A stretch of DNA of 64,000 bases from an uncultured Thermoleophilia bacterium (GCA_963702475.1 CAVPCT010000002.1:192001-256000); one strand, 5' to 3'. Positions 1 to 11,522 are shown, numbered from the stretch's first letter. Numbers and translations: made by a program. Notes: generated by a model not told the origin, from the sequence alone.

Positions 1-1127
1 TCCTCGGCGTGCGCCGCGACTCAGGCCAGGACGAGATCAAGAAGGCGTTCCGGCGCGTCGCCCGTGAGTGCCACCCCGACGTCAACCCGGACGACCCGGA
101 CTGCGAAGCGCAGTTCAAGGAGGCCGCAGAAGCCTACGAGGTGCTGAGCGACGCGGACTCGCGGGCCGTCTACGACCGCTACGGCTTCGACGGTCTCAAG
201 GGCCGCAGCATGACCGACTTCGAACACGTCGGCTTCAACGACCTGTTCAACATCTTCTTCGGCGGCGGCATGTTCGACTCGGTGCTGCGCGACGCCGGGG
301 GCATGTGGGGCGCCGCCGGAGGAGGCGCGCCCCAGCCGCGCGGCGACGATGTGGAAGCGCGGCTTCAGCTCACGCTCGCCGAGTCGGTGTTCGGCGTGTC
401 CCGTGAGGTGGAGGTGACCGCAGACGTCATCTGCGCGACCTGCGGGGGCAGCGGTGCGCGGCCGGGCACGGGTCGCGACACCTGTCCTCAATGCCACGGG
501 AGTGGCCGCATGCGCGAGGTCTCGAGCCTGGGCGGCTTCGGGCAGTTCATCCGCACCAGTACCTGCAGCCTCTGCCGTGGCCAGGGCACCATCGTGCAGG
601 ACCCGTGCGAGACGTGCCTCGGCGCCGGCAGGCTGAGGGCCACGCGCACCGTGACGGTGGACGTCCCGGCCGGCATCGCCGACGGGCAGCGTCTACGCCT
701 GGGTGGCGAGGGCGGCGCCGGCTCCCTGGGCGGCCGCCCCGGTGACCTGTACGTGGCCGTCGCCGTCGAGCCGCACGAACACCTCGTGCGCGACGGCGAC
801 GACCTGGTGTACCGCCTGGACATCACCATGGTCGACGCGGCGCTCGGCATGAAGGCACTCGTGCCCGCGCTCGACGGAGAGGTGGAGGTGGACCTGAAGC
901 CCGGCACGCAGCCGGGCGAGGTCAAGAGGTTCCGCAACCGCGGCGTGCCGGCCCTTCAGGGTCGCGGCCGCGGTGATCTTCTGGTCGTCGTCAGCGTCCA
1001 GGTGCCGCACCACCTCGACGCGAAGCAGCGCGACCTGCTGGAGCAGTTCGCGGAGCTCACCGACGGCGAGAACTACGAGCCCGACCAGAGCTTCTTCGAC
1101 AAGGTCAAGGCCGTCTTCCGCCAGTGA
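1..1127 (+). CDS. dnaJ: Chaperone DnaJ (5' end lies just upstream of the window)
   Basis: J-domain HPD motif, G/F-rich region, four CxxCxGxG zinc-finger repeats. Confidence 0.95.
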   Translation, partial: LGVRRDSGQDEIKKAFRRVARECHPDVNPDDPDCEAQFKEAAEAYEVLSDADSRAVYDRYGFDGLKGRSMTDFEHVGFNDLFNIFFGGGMFDSVLRDAGGMWGAAGGGAPQPRGDDVEARLQLTLAESVFGVSREVEVTADVICATCGGSGARPGTGRDTCPQCHGSGRMREVSSLGGFGQFIRTSTCSLCRGQGTIVQDPCETCLGAGRLRATRTVTVDVPAGIADGQRLRLGGEGGAGSLGGRPGDLYVAVAVEPHEHLVRDGDDLVYRLDITMVDAALGMKALVPALDGEVEVDLKPGTQPGEVKRFRNRGVPALQGRGRGDLLVVVSVQVPHHLDAKQRDLLEQFAELTDGENYEPDQSFFDKVKAVFRQ

Positions 1128-2077
1128 CGGCGGCGGGCTACACGCGGTACACGCTGCGGCTCCCCCGGGCGGCGGCGGCGACCGCCGTGACGCCCGTCCC
1201 CGAGCCACAGCACGATGACTGGTCCGGGTCGGCGGCGTTCGTCGTGAGCGCCGACCCGGTCGACTACGCGCACCCCGACGCCGTGGCGCTGGTCGGGGGG
1301 CTGCAGCCGGCCGGGTGGCAGGAGGAGGACGGCGGCGACACGCTGGTGTTCTGGCTCGAGACCGCGACCGGTGCCGACCAGCGGACGCGCGAGATCCTGA
1401 GGCGGCTCGGCCGCCTCGGCGAGCTGACTGCCGCGCCGCAAGAGTCCGGCTGGGAGACCGCGTGGAGGGAGTTCCATCGGCCGCAGATCGTCGGGCGGCT
1501 CTTCGTGCGCCCGCCGTGGTACGAGGCGCGCGCCGGTCTGCTCGATCTGGTGATCGACGCCGGGCAGGCCTTCGGCACAGGCGGCCACACCACCACGCGC
1601 CAGTGTCTGGAGGAGGTCCAGACGCTCGTGCCGGGCTCGCTGCTCGACATCGGCTGTGGGTCCGGTGTCGTCTCGCTGGCGGCGTTGCGGCTCGGGTTCG
1701 CACCGGTGTGGGGGGTGGACGTCGATGCGGCCGCGGTCCGGGGGGCGTGGGAGAACGCCGGCCGGAACGGGCTGAGCCCGGCCCTCTGGGTGGGAGACGC
1801 CACGGAAGCGGCGTGCGAGCTGCCCCAGGCCGATGTCGTCGTGGCCAACATCGCGCTGGGGCCGATCCTGTCGCTGGCGCCGCGGTTCGCCGTCGGCGGG
1901 GCCGACGAACCCGGCGCGGGGGAGGGCGCACGGTCGTTGCGGCCGGCGCATCTGCTGCTCGCCGGGCTGCTGATGGCGCAGGTTGACGAGGCCGCAGCCG
2001 CCTTCCCGGCGTACCGTGAGGTCGCGCGCCGCGACGACGGCGAATGGGCGCTCGTGCACCTGGCGAGGGCCGGATGA
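1124..2077 (+). CDS. prmA: Ribosomal protein L11 methyltransferase
   Basis: IDAGQAFGTGGHTTT and LLDIGCGSG motifs; follows dnaJ. Confidence 0.9.
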   Translation: MTAAGYTRYTLRLPRAAAATAVTPVPEPQHDDWSGSAAFVVSADPVDYAHPDAVALVGGLQPAGWQEEDGGDTLVFWLETATGADQRTREILRRLGRLGELTAAPQESGWETAWREFHRPQIVGRLFVRPPWYEARAGLLDLVIDAGQAFGTGGHTTTRQCLEEVQTLVPGSLLDIGCGSGVVSLAALRLGFAPVWGVDVDAAAVRGAWENAGRNGLSPALWVGDATEAACELPQADVVVANIALGPILSLAPRFAVGGADEPGAGEGARSLRPAHLLLAGLLMAQVDEAAAAFPAYREVARRDDGEWALVHLARAG

Positions 2078-3381
2078 CGAGAGTGCGCGCGGCCTTCGTC
2101 GGCTGCAAGATCAGTCAGGCCGACGGCGAGGAGGCCCTGGCCGGGCTGGAGGCGGCCGGGGTGGAGACGACGATCGCTGCCGCCGGCGCCGACGTCGTCG
2201 TGGTCCACACCTGCTGCGTGACGGCCGAGGCCGAGCGCAAGTCGCGGCGCCTCGCGAGGCGCCTCGCCGCGTCCGGCAGTACGGTGCTGGTCGCCGGCTG
2301 CGCGGCCGTGCTGCATCCGGAGCAGTTCGGCGGAGACGGCATGGAGGTCGTCGGGCGGCCGGACTGGACCGAGGTCGGGCGCAGGCTGGTCGCCGGCGGC
2401 GACGAAGCGGCCGGCGGCTCCGAAACGCTTGCGGGGCGGGGGGACGGTCCGGCGCGTGAGCCCCGCGCGGCGCTTGACGAAGCCGATCCGCGCGAGGATG
2501 CGGCGCCGCGCGCAACCGCGGGCGCACGCACCCGCCACGTGCTCAAGGTGCAGGACGGGTGCGCCGGCGTGTGCAGCTACTGTGTGGTGCGCCTGGTGCG
2601 CGGGCGGCCGCGGAGCGTGCCGCTGGCGGCCGCCCTGGACGCGGCCCGAGCCGCGCTCGACGAGGGGTGCGGCGAGGTCGTGCTGAGTGGCGTTGACCTG
2701 GGCGCCTGGGCCGACGGAGGCAGGCGCCTGCCGGACCTGGTGATCGCGCTGGCCGAACTGCCCGGGCTCACGCGCCTGCGCCTCTCGTCGCTCGAGCCGC
2801 ACCACCTGGACGAGCGGCTCCTGGACGCGCTCGCGCACCCGCGCGTGGCCCGTCACCTGCACGTGCCGCTGCAGTCGGCCGACGACGGTGTGCTCCGCGC
2901 CATGCGGCGGCCGTACACGTTCGCGGCGTACGAGCACGTCGTGAGTCTTGTGCGGGCGCGAGTGGGCGCCTGTATGCTCAGCACCGACGTGATCGCGGGG
3001 TTCCCCGGCGAGGACGACGACGCGTTCGCGCGCACGCTGGCGGCGCTCGACAGCGGGCTCTTCGGACGCGTGCACGTGTTCGGCTTCTCGGCGCGGCCGG
3101 GGACGGCGGCAGCGGAGCTGCCGCCCCTGCCGGCCGCGCTGGTCAAGGAGCGCACCGGGCGCGCGCTGGCGGCCGCCGGGGCGGCCGCCCGGGCCGCGCG
3201 CCTGGCGGCCCTCGGCAGGCCCGCCGAGGTGCTCGTGGAGGAACGCCGCAGGGGCCTCTGGAGGGGGTACAGTTCGGAGTACGTCCGGTACCACCTGGAG
3301 GGCGAGGCGGCGCCCGGCGCGCTGGTCGCGGCCGTCGCCACGGGGGAGTACGAGGACGGAGTGAAAGGACGCATCACATGA
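2074..3381 (+). CDS. mtaB: MiaB/MtaB-family radical SAM methylthiotransferase
   Basis: N-terminal GCKISQAD, HTCCVT, and KVQDGCxxxCSYC; ATGA overlap with prmA. Confidence 0.85.
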   Translation: MTRVRAAFVGCKISQADGEEALAGLEAAGVETTIAAAGADVVVVHTCCVTAEAERKSRRLARRLAASGSTVLVAGCAAVLHPEQFGGDGMEVVGRPDWTEVGRRLVAGGDEAAGGSETLAGRGDGPAREPRAALDEADPREDAAPRATAGARTRHVLKVQDGCAGVCSYCVVRLVRGRPRSVPLAAALDAARAALDEGCGEVVLSGVDLGAWADGGRRLPDLVIALAELPGLTRLRLSSLEPHHLDERLLDALAHPRVARHLHVPLQSADDGVLRAMRRPYTFAAYEHVVSLVRARVGACMLSTDVIAGFPGEDDDAFARTLAALDSGLFGRVHVFGFSARPGTAAAELPPLPAALVKERTGRALAAAGAAARAARLAALGRPAEVLVEERRRGLWRGYSSEYVRYHLEGEAAPGALVAAVATGEYEDGVKGRIT

Positions 3382-4856
3382 GAGAGCTCGGCGTGATCGA
3401 GCAGCGCATCAAGGACGAGTCCACCGCGGCGCTCAAGGCCGGCGACAAGAAGCGCCGCGACGCCTTGTCGGCGATCGTCGCGGCGCTGAAGAAGGAGCGT
3501 ATCGACAGCCGCAAGGAGCCCACCGAGGCCGACGAGCTCACCGTGCTCAAGCGCGAGAAGAAGCGCCGCGCCGAGGCCCTCGAAGTCTACGAGGGCGCGG
3601 GGCGCGCCGACCTCGCCGAGCAGGAGCGCTACGAGATGCAGGTGCTCGCCGACTTCATGCCGGAGGAGCTCGGCGACGCGGAGCTCGAAGCGCTGGTGGA
3701 TGAGGGCATCGCCGCCGTGCAGGCGGTCACGCCCAAGGACATGGGCAAGGTCATGGGCTGGCTGAAGCCCAAGGTGGCCGGCCGCGCCGACGGCAAGAAG
3801 CTCAGCGACCTCGTGCGCGAGAAGCTGGGGGGTGAGGCGGTGCCCGAGCCCGTCCGCACCGTCATCGACCTCGACAGCAACAGCGTCGCGCAGGCCCTCG
3901 CCGGCGAGCACGACGCCCACCTCAAGATCCTCGAGCACCGCCTTGACTGCCGCATCACGATGCGCGGCAACGTCCTCATCCTCGAAGGGTCGGACGACGC
4001 GGTGACGCAGGCGCGGGCGGCCCTCGAGGAGCTGCTCACGGTGATCGGCTCCGGGCGTCCGGTGAACGCCGCCATGGTCGAGTCGCTCATGGACATCGCT
4101 GTGAACGCCTCCGGCAAGCCGTCGGAGGTGTACGGCGACGTGGTGTGGACCCACCGCGGACGCCAGATCGGCCCTCGGACCGTCAATCAGAAGCGTTACG
4201 TGGACGCCATCCGCCGCAGCACCATCACGTTCGGCATCGGCCCCGCGGGCACGGGCAAGACCTACCTTGCCACGGCCATGGCCGTGAGCGCCTTCTTCAC
4301 CAAGCAGGTCGGGCGCATCATCCTCACGCGCCCGGCGGTGGAGGCGGGGGAGAGCCTGGGCTTCCTGCCCGGCACCATATCGGAGAAGGTGGATCCTTAC
4401 TTCCGGCCGTTGTTCGACGCGCTGTACGACATGATCGACGTCGAGAAGCTGGCGCAGCTCATCGAGAAGGGCGAGATCGAGGTGGCGCCGCTGGCGTTCA
4501 TGCGCGGCCGCACTCTCAACGACTCGTTCATCATCCTCGACGAGGCCCAGAACACCTCGCCCGAGCAGATGAAGATGTTCCTCACGCGGCTCGGGTTCGG
4601 CTCCAAGATGGTCGTCACCGGCGATGTCACACAGATCGACCTGCCACAGGACCGGACCTCCGGGCTCGTCACCGTGCCGGAGGTCCTCACCGACATCGAG
4701 GACATCGCCATCACGCGCTTCGACGGGCACGACGTGGTGCGCCACAAGCTGGTGCAGCGCATCGTGAACGCGTACCGCGAGCACGACGACCTCGCGGCGG
4801 CGGCGCGGCCGTGGCCGCCGCGTCAGGAGCGGCCGTCGCAGGGGCAGCGCCGATGA
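3378..4856 (+). CDS. phoH: GatB/YqeY domain fused in frame to PhoH-family ATPase (PhoH part from GTG 3840)
   Basis: N-terminal YqeY signature ([14 protein letters not shown]); C-terminal [27 protein letters not shown]. Confidence 0.85.
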   Translation: MRELGVIEQRIKDESTAALKAGDKKRRDALSAIVAALKKERIDSRKEPTEADELTVLKREKKRRAEALEVYEGAGRADLAEQERYEMQVLADFMPEELGDAELEALVDEGIAAVQAVTPKDMGKVMGWLKPKVAGRADGKKLSDLVREKLGGEAVPEPVRTVIDLDSNSVAQALAGEHDAHLKILEHRLDCRITMRGNVLILEGSDDAVTQARAALEELLTVIGSGRPVNAAMVESLMDIAVNASGKPSEVYGDVVWTHRGRQIGPRTVNQKRYVDAIRRSTITFGIGPAGTGKTYLATAMAVSAFFTKQVGRIILTRPAVEAGESLGFLPGTISEKVDPYFRPLFDALYDMIDVEKLAQLIEKGEIEVAPLAFMRGRTLNDSFIILDEAQNTSPEQMKMFLTRLGFGSKMVVTGDVTQIDLPQDRTSGLVTVPEVLTDIEDIAITRFDGHDVVRHKLVQRIVNAYREHDDLAAAARPWPPRQERPSQGQRR

Positions 4857-5380
4857 ACCTGGTCGAGGTGTACAACGCCACGCGCGTGGCGATCGACGAA
4901 GGGGCCGTGGCGGGGCTCGTCGATCGCGTGCTCGTCGCCGAGGGCGTGCGCGACGCCGAGGTCGCCGTCGAGCTCGTCGGCGAACGCCGCATCCGCGCCC
5001 TCAATCGCGAGCATCGCGGCAAGGACCAGGTCACAGACGTGCTCTCCTTCCCGCTTGAGGACTTCGACGACGGGCCGGAGGAGTGGGAGGCGGACGGTGG
5101 CGCGGACGGGCCGGACGACGACGCGGCGGGCGCGGACGGCGGCGAAGCCGCGCCTCCGCGCCTGCTCGGCGACGTGGTGATCTGCGTGCGCCAGGCGCTG
5201 CGCCAGGCGCGCGCAGACCGTCTGCCCGAGGCTCTCGAGCTCGCCGTGCTCCTCGCGCACGGCACGCTCCACCTGCTCGGGCACGACCACGAGACGGACG
5301 CCGGCCAGATGGCCCTGCGCCAGGCCGAGGTCCTGGAGCTCGTCTCCTGGGAGGGCCTGCTTGTCACGCCGTCGCGGTAA
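4853..5380 (+). CDS. ybeY: rRNA maturation endoribonuclease YbeY
   Basis: TDVLSFP and HGTLHLLGHDH motifs. Confidence 0.92.
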   Translation: MNLVEVYNATRVAIDEGAVAGLVDRVLVAEGVRDAEVAVELVGERRIRALNREHRGKDQVTDVLSFPLEDFDDGPEEWEADGGADGPDDDAAGADGGEAAPPRLLGDVVICVRQALRQARADRLPEALELAVLLAHGTLHLLGHDHETDAGQMALRQAEVLELVSWEGLLVTPSR

Positions 5381-6083
5381 CCTCCTCAGCAGCTTCAACT
5401 ACGCCTTCGACGGCGTCGTCCACGCGCTCCGCCACGAGCGCAACATGTGGGTCCACTTCGTCATCGCGGGTCTCGTGCTCGTGGCCGCGCTCTTCTTCGC
5501 GCTCACGCGGCTCGAGGTCATCGCCCTGCTCGTGGCTATCTCCTTCGTGCTCATCGCGGAGATGTTCAACACCGCCGTCGAGCACGTGGTCGATCTCATC
5601 ACCGACGAGGACGACCCGCGCGCCAAGATCGCCAAGGACGTGGCCGCCGGCGCCGTGCTCATCGCCGCCGTCAACGCCATCGCGGTCGCCTACCTCGTCT
5701 TCTACGACAAGATCACCTACGTGCCGTACACACTGATCAGCCGGCTGCGGACGTCGCCCATCGACGTGACCGTGCTGGCCCTGGTGATCGTGATCCTCGT
5801 GGCCGTGGCGGTGAAGGCGAAGACGCGCCGGGGGACGGCCTTTCACGGCGGGATGCCGTCGGTGCACTCCGCGGTGGCGTTCGCCGCGTGGGTGGCTGTG
5901 ACCATCGTCGCCACCGACACCCCGTGGGCGCTGCCCATCTCAGCCATCACGCTGCTGCTGGCCGCGCTCGTCTCGCAGAGCCGCATGCAGGCTCGCATCC
6001 ACACGCTGCCGGAGGTGGCGGTCGGTGCCGCGCTGGGCATCGCCGTCACTCTCGTCCTCTTCCGGATCTGGTACCCGCTGTGA
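5361..6083 (+). CDS. dgkA: Diacylglycerol/undecaprenol kinase (DgkA) fused to a PAP2 domain
   Basis: EMFNTAVE..VD and AKDVAAGAVL; C-terminal GMPSVHS..SR...HT. Confidence 0.85.
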   Translation: MSRRRGNLLSSFNYAFDGVVHALRHERNMWVHFVIAGLVLVAALFFALTRLEVIALLVAISFVLIAEMFNTAVEHVVDLITDEDDPRAKIAKDVAAGAVLIAAVNAIAVAYLVFYDKITYVPYTLISRLRTSPIDVTVLALVIVILVAVAVKAKTRRGTAFHGGMPSVHSAVAFAAWVAVTIVATDTPWALPISAITLLLAALVSQSRMQARIHTLPEVAVGAALGIAVTLVLFRIWYPL

Positions 6084-6565
6084 AGCCCCGGCTCGTCGGC
6101 AGGGATCCCGATGCGGAAGAGCTGCGGCTCTTCAGCGAGGCCGAGCGGGCGGCGGAGCGCGCCTACGCGCCGTACTCCGGCTACGCCGTCGGCGCGTCGC
6201 TCGTGGCCGAGTCCGGCCGCGTGCACCTGGGAGTCAACATCGAGAACGCCGCCTACCCGGCCGGGCTGTGTGCGGAGAGAGCGGCGCTGGCGGCCGCCGT
6301 CACGGCCGGGGAGCGCCGCCTGCGCACCGTCGCCGTGGCGGCCGGGTCCGGGGCCGAGTGCCTGCCGTGCGGATCGTGTCTGCAGGCGCTCGCGGAGTTC
6401 GGCGACCCCGACGTGGTGGCGCGCGCCGACGGAGCGGTGCGCGCCTTCCGGCTGAGCGACCTGCTCACGGCGCCCTTCGCCGCCGGCGGGGCTGACTGGC
6501 GGGGCGCGCGGCCGGGAACGTCTGTGCAAGGAGGGCATCAGGCGACCGAGGAGGACGGCGCATGA
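6080..6565 (+). CDS. cdd: Cytidine deaminase
   Basis: AYAPYS, NIENAAY, CAE and PCGSC zinc motif. Confidence 0.92.
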   Translation: MKPRLVGRDPDAEELRLFSEAERAAERAYAPYSGYAVGASLVAESGRVHLGVNIENAAYPAGLCAERAALAAAVTAGERRLRTVAVAAGSGAECLPCGSCLQALAEFGDPDVVARADGAVRAFRLSDLLTAPFAAGGADWRGARPGTSVQGGHQATEEDGA

Positions 6566-7449
6566 GCGAGCACCACCGGTCCGGCTTCGTGGCCGTGTTC
6601 GGCCGTCCCAATGTCGGCAAATCGACGCTGGTGAACGCGCTGGTGGGGCGCAAGGTGAGCATCGTCAGCGACCATCCGCAGACGACGCGCCGCCGCATCA
6701 CCGGCGTCGTCAATCTGGAAGATTGCCAGGTCGTGCTGCTCGATCTGCCGGGCTTCCAGAAGCCGTTCGACACGCTCACGCGTCGCATGCAGTCCGCCGT
6801 GGACGACGCGCTTTCCGAGGTCGACGCCGCCCTTGTGGTGCTGAACGCCGGCGAGACTCTCGGCCCGGGCGACCGGTACGTGGTGCGCGCCGTCGCCGGA
6901 GCCGACCTGCCGGCCTTCGTGGCCCTCAACAAGATCGACCTCGTGGACGGTCCCCGGCTGGCGGCGCGCCTCGAGGAGGCGCGTGGACTGGCCGGTGAGC
7001 GCGAGGTGCTGCCTGTGTCAGCGCTGCGCGGCGACGGGCTCGGCGAGCTCCTCGCCGAGATCGCCGCGGCCATGCCGCCCGGCCCCGAGTACTTTCCGGC
7101 CGGGCAGCACAGCGACCAGCCGCTGGAGCTGCTCGTGGCCGAGCTCGTCCGCGAGCAGGCCCTGCGGCGCACCCGCGACGAGGTGCCGCACGCCGTGGCT
7201 GTCGAGGTCGCCGACCTGGCCGAGCGCACCGACCGGCCGCTCGTGGAGATCGAGGCGTACCTCATCGTCGAGACCGAATCGCAGAAGGCGATCGTGGTGG
7301 GCAAGGGCGGCCGTGTGGTCAAGGCCGTCGGCACGGCCGCCCGCCACGAGATCGAGTCGGTGCTCGGCGTGCACGTCTTCCTCGACCTGCGCGTCAAGGT
7401 GCGCAAGCGCTGGCGCCGCGACGAGCGCTACATCGAGCGCCTGCTGTGA
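6562..7449 (+). CDS. era: GTPase Era
   Basis: GRPNVGKST, PQTTR, NKID, C-terminal KH domain. Confidence 0.95.
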   Translation: MSEHHRSGFVAVFGRPNVGKSTLVNALVGRKVSIVSDHPQTTRRRITGVVNLEDCQVVLLDLPGFQKPFDTLTRRMQSAVDDALSEVDAALVVLNAGETLGPGDRYVVRAVAGADLPAFVALNKIDLVDGPRLAARLEEARGLAGEREVLPVSALRGDGLGELLAEIAAAMPPGPEYFPAGQHSDQPLELLVAELVREQALRRTRDEVPHAVAVEVADLAERTDRPLVEIEAYLIVETESQKAIVVGKGGRVVKAVGTAARHEIESVLGVHVFLDLRVKVRKRWRRDERYIERLL

Positions 7450-7452
7450 GGT

Positions 7453-7461
7453 TGGTATACT
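7453..7461 (+). promoter_or_regulatory. Putative extended -10 element upstream of deoC
   Basis: TGGTATACT upstream of the GGGGAGG RBS and GTG 7517. Confidence 0.45.
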
Positions 7462-7516
7462 CGGGGTGGGCTGAGGGAGCCCGCTTTCGTCTTCATCCGG
7501 GGGGAGGGCCAGCGGC

Positions 7517-8203
7517 GTGCACGCCGAGGAGCTTGCCAAGACCATCGATCACACGCTGCTGAAGGCCGACACCACCAACCCCGACGTCGAACGCCTCTGC
7601 CGCGAGGCCGCCAAGTACCACTTCGCGACGGTCTGTGTCTTCCCGCACTTCGTGCCACTGGCGGCCGACCTGCTGCGGACGGCCGACGTCAAGGTGTGTT
7701 CCGTCATCTCGTTCCCCTTCGGGGCCGACTCTCTCAGGGCCAAGGTGGTGAGCGCCGAAGACGCGGTCTTCCGCGGCGCCGATGAGATCGACGTGGTCAT
7801 CAACGTCCCCGCGTTCCTCTCCGGCGACTTCGGCCACGTGCGCAACGAGCTGGCCAGCGTTGTCCGCGCGGTCCGTCTCAAGGCGATGAACTCGGGCCGC
7901 GGCCAGGTCGTGGTCAAGGCCATCATCGAGACGTGCTTCCTCACCATCAAGATGAAGCGCATGGCCTGCAAGATCTGCGAGGCGGCCGGGGTGGATTTCG
8001 TGAAGACCTCCACGGGCCTGGGGCCGGCGGGCGCAACCGTGCGCGACGTCGAGATCCTGCGCGACTCACTGGACGAGCACATCGGCGTGAAGGCCTCGGG
8101 CGGCATCCGCACGCTGCGCGACGTCGAGCTCATGGTGAACGCCGGGGCGGTGCGCATCGGCACCAGCGCCGGCGTCGCCATCATGAAGGACTTCCTGGGC
8201 TGA
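7517..8203 (+). CDS. deoC: Deoxyribose-phosphate aldolase
   Basis: [27 protein letters not shown]. Confidence 0.95.
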   Translation: MHAEELAKTIDHTLLKADTTNPDVERLCREAAKYHFATVCVFPHFVPLAADLLRTADVKVCSVISFPFGADSLRAKVVSAEDAVFRGADEIDVVINVPAFLSGDFGHVRNELASVVRAVRLKAMNSGRGQVVVKAIIETCFLTIKMKRMACKICEAAGVDFVKTSTGLGPAGATVRDVEILRDSLDEHIGVKASGGIRTLRDVELMVNAGAVRIGTSAGVAIMKDFLG

Positions 8204-8235
8204 CACGGCCGCCGGCCTGCGTCACACTGCGACCC

Positions 8236-8601
8236 ATGGACGTCCAGACCTTCCTCTCACTCGTCTGCTACGACGACAAGGGCCTCGTGCCGTGCGTCGT
8301 GCAGGACTGCTCGAGCGGAGAGGTGCTGATGGTCGCGTACGCGGATGCGGAGGCGATGGCGAGGACCTTCGAGGTGGGCGAAGCGCACTTCTGGAGTCGC
8401 AGCCGGCAGGAGCTGTGGCACAAGGGCGCCACCAGCGGCAACGTGCTGCGCGTGGTGAGCGCGCGGCTCGACTGCGACCACGACGCCGTCCTGCTGGCTG
8501 TGGAGCCCGCCGGGCCGGCCTGCCATACCGGGGCCGTCAGCTGCTTTCGCCACGAGGCCTGCGACGGCGCCGCGATAGAGGTGCGGGCGGAGCGCCGATG
8601 A
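8236..8601 (+). CDS. hisI: Phosphoribosyl-AMP cyclohydrolase
   Basis: [31 protein letters not shown]. Confidence 0.95.
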   Translation: MDVQTFLSLVCYDDKGLVPCVVQDCSSGEVLMVAYADAEAMARTFEVGEAHFWSRSRQELWHKGATSGNVLRVVSARLDCDHDAVLLAVEPAGPACHTGAVSCFRHEACDGAAIEVRAERR

Positions 8602-10346
8602 GTCCCGCGCCGGGGGGCGCGGCTGAGTCGGTGCCGGTGCCGGCGTCCGCCGCGCCCGCGGAGCCGCCGGACAGGCGCGGGCGCACACTCACGCTCGTCC
8701 TGCTCGCGGCCGTCCTCGCCACCGCGGCCGCGCTACGCCTCAAGGGCCTCGACTGGGGTCTGCCGTACAGCCTCATCAACGTCGACGAGAGCACGGTGCT
8801 GCCCAAGGCGTTCGGCGCGGCCCGCGGAGGGCTGAACCCGCAGTTCTTCTACTACCCGTCGTTCTTCTTCTACGTGGTCGCCGCCGTGTTCCTGGCGGCC
8901 GCACCCGCGCTGTGGGTGGCGATGGGTGAGAACCCCCTCGCCGCGGCCTCGTTCGTCGTCGACCCGGCGCCGTACTTCCTGCTGGGGCGGCTGGTCTCGG
9001 CCGCCGCCGGCACGGCGTCGGTGTACCTGCTCTACCGGCTCGGCCGGGAGGCCTTCGGCCGCCCGGCCGGCCTCGTCGCGGCCCTGCTGCTGGCGGTCGC
9101 CCCGCTGCACGTCGCCTACTCGCACATGGCCGTCACCGACGTCACGGCGACGATGCTGTCGCTGCTCGCCCTGCTCCTGCTCCTGCAGGCGGCTCGGGGG
9201 GCCGGCAGCCGCAGGCTGATCGCCGGCGCCGTCGTCGCGGGCCTCGCCACGTCGACCAAGTACAACCTCGGCCTGCTCGTGCTGCCGGCGACGGTCGCGG
9301 CCGTGTACGCGTGCCGCGCCGAGGTGGCCGCGCTCCGCCCTCGGCTTCTTCGCCTGGTGACGCGCGGCCCGTCGGCGTCCCGCTCCGCCCCCGGCTCCTT
9401 CGCCTTCGGCCGCGCCGCCCTCGCCTGGGCGCGGCTGCTCGTGCGGCGCGTGTACGCGCCGATGCTCGTCGCCTTCGTCCTGGGGTCACCCTTCATCGTG
9501 CTCGACCCGGGCCACTTCCTGCACGACTTCCTGCGCCAGAACCGCATCATGGCGCGCGGCTGGCTAGGCTGGGAGAACGCCGGCAACGGGCTCTGGTACA
9601 ACCTGAACGTCAACTTCACGGGCGCTCTCGGGGTCGTCCTCCTCGGGCTGTGCCTCGCCGGGGTCGCGTGGGCTTTGTGGCGACACACCCTCCTGGACGT
9701 GCTGCTCGCCCCGTACGCCGTCGTCTACGTGTTGTACGTGAGCACCTGGAAGGAGCTGGCCGACCGCTACCTGCTCCCGGTGCTCCCCCTGCTCATCCTG
9801 CTGGGCGTGCGCCTGTGTCTCGACGCCGCCGTAGCACGGCCGGCCTGGCGACGCGTCACCGTGCCGGCCGTCGCCGTGCTGCTGGCGGTCGCCGCTGTCG
9901 CACCGCTGAGCGGCTCGCTCGCCTTTGACGCCGCCCTCTCCGGCCACGACACCCGCGCCGTCGCGACCGCCTGGATCGAGGAGAACCTGCCCGCGGGCAG
10001 CACCATCGCCACCGAGACCAGCGGGCCGCAACTGACGCGGCTCCGCGACCTGAAGCACTATGCGTCTGCGGGCGAGGAGGCGCCGGCGGCGTTCTCCGTG
10101 GTCCGCCTGCGACTGCCGGCGCCCGGGTCGGCGAACCGGACGCACGACCTGGACCGGGTGCGGGAGCGCGGCGCCGACTACGTCGTCGTCAGCTCCCTGG
10201 TGTACGACCGTGTGCTCGCCGCGGCGGAGCGGTACCCGTCGGTCGTGCGGTTCTACGAGGACCTGGACGAGCAGGCGACGCTCGTCAAGACGTTCGCGCC
10301 CGGGCCGGGAGAGCGCGGGCCCACCATCAAGGTGTACGAGCTCTGA
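8598..10346 (+). CDS. GT-C fold (ArnT/PMT-like) membrane glycosyltransferase
   Basis: N-terminal DE motif (NVDE), multiple TM helices, TKY motif, RYLLP. Confidence 0.75.
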   Translation: MSPAPGGAAESVPVPASAAPAEPPDRRGRTLTLVLLAAVLATAAALRLKGLDWGLPYSLINVDESTVLPKAFGAARGGLNPQFFYYPSFFFYVVAAVFLAAAPALWVAMGENPLAAASFVVDPAPYFLLGRLVSAAAGTASVYLLYRLGREAFGRPAGLVAALLLAVAPLHVAYSHMAVTDVTATMLSLLALLLLLQAARGAGSRRLIAGAVVAGLATSTKYNLGLLVLPATVAAVYACRAEVAALRPRLLRLVTRGPSASRSAPGSFAFGRAALAWARLLVRRVYAPMLVAFVLGSPFIVLDPGHFLHDFLRQNRIMARGWLGWENAGNGLWYNLNVNFTGALGVVLLGLCLAGVAWALWRHTLLDVLLAPYAVVYVLYVSTWKELADRYLLPVLPLLILLGVRLCLDAAVARPAWRRVTVPAVAVLLAVAAVAPLSGSLAFDAALSGHDTRAVATAWIEENLPAGSTIATETSGPQLTRLRDLKHYASAGEEAPAAFSVVRLRLPAPGSANRTHDLDRVRERGADYVVVSSLVYDRVLAAAERYPSVVRFYEDLDEQATLVKTFAPGPGERGPTIKVYEL

Positions 10347-10445
10347 GCGCCGGCCCGTCCCCGCCTGCGCCGGCGAAACCTGAGCGTGGCATCGGCCCAG
10401 TATCCTCCCGCCCGGTCGCCGGCGCCGCTCGACCAGCCGCCCCGG

Positions 10446-11522
10446 TCACCCCCGCGGCCTGACGCGTGTGCGCTCCATCTCGCAGGCCTCCTCGGCCGCC
10501 TCCTCGATCTCGCCCTCCTGGATCGGCGCCCGCCCGGGGCGCACCAGGAAGTAGGCGATGAAGCCGGGCGGGATGGGCAGCCAGAAGTTGATCAGACGGT
10601 AGGTGAGGACCACGGCCACGGCGGTCGCCGACGGCACGCCAAAGCTCACGTACAGGGCGATCATGATGCCTTCGACCGCGCCCAGGCCACCCGGCGTGGG
10701 CGCCAGTGTGCCGATGGCGTAGGCGACCACGTAGCCGACGGCGAGGTAGCCGAACCCCATCCTGTAACCGAAGGCGAAGAACGTGGCCCACAGACACAGC
10801 AGGTCCAGCGCCCAGAACACGCAGGCCAGGCCGGTCGTCGTCCTGAGCGCGCCGCGGTGTGACGTCATGCGGCGCATGCCGGCGAAGAGATTGTCCAGCC
10901 AGCCGTCGATGTGGTCCTCCTGGATGGTCTCCCGGCGGGTGACGCGGTTGATGAGGTGCGCCACCTGCTGGGCCCGGCGCCGCATGCGCGAGCGGTGGTG
11001 GTACAGGTACACGCCGTAGCTGGTGAGCCAGAGGATCAGGCCGATGAGGATGATGCCCACCACGTACCCCGCGATCGACTCGCCGCGCACGATCACCAGC
11101 CACAGCAGGGCGAGGGCGAACACGAACCACAGGACCACGTAGTTGAAGAATTGCTGCGCGGCGATGGCCACGAAGATGAGGCCGTGCGGCGCCCGGCGCT
11201 TACGCAGGGCGTTGTACGTCACCACCCAGCCACCCACGCCGCCGGCCGACAGGATGTGGCTCACCGCCAGGCTGCTGAGCGTGATGGCGGCGACCTCCCG
11301 CAGGCGCAGCTCGATGTCGAGCACCTTGAGGATGAAGCGCGTCAGGTTCGCGTAGCCGAGCAGTGCGCCCACCTGGAGGGCGATGGCGAGTGCCAGCAGC
11401 GCCCAGCTCGCGTTGGTGAGCATCGCGATCGTGCTCTCGGTGTCCACCAGCCTCGGGAGCAGCAGGTAGAGCGCGAGGACGATGACGGCGAAGACGAGGA
11501 TGTGGCGGAGCGTCTTCTTGAT
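10446..11522 (-). CDS. Lysylphosphatidylglycerol synthase TM / flippase-like (UPF0104) protein; start uncertain (possible ATC)
   Basis: TPGGLGAVEG and YRLINFW; the frame extends upstream of GTG 11447 through a TM helix. Confidence 0.8.
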   Translation of the reverse strand: MKKTLRHILVFAVIVLALYLLLPRLVDTESTIAMLTNASWALLALAIALQVGALLGYANLTRFILKVLDIELRLREVAAITLSSLAVSHILSAGGVGGWVVTYNALRKRRAPHGLIFVAIAAQQFFNYVVLWFVFALALLWLVIVRGESIAGYVVGIILIGLILWLTSYGVYLYHHRSRMRRRAQQVAHLINRVTRRETIQEDHIDGWLDNLFAGMRRMTSHRGALRTTTGLACVFWALDLLCLWATFFAFGYRMGFGYLAVGYVVAYAIGTLAPTPGGLGAVEGIMIALYVSFGVPSATAVAVVLTYRLINFWLPIPPGFIAYFLVRPGRAPIQEGEIEEAAEEACEMERTRVRPRG

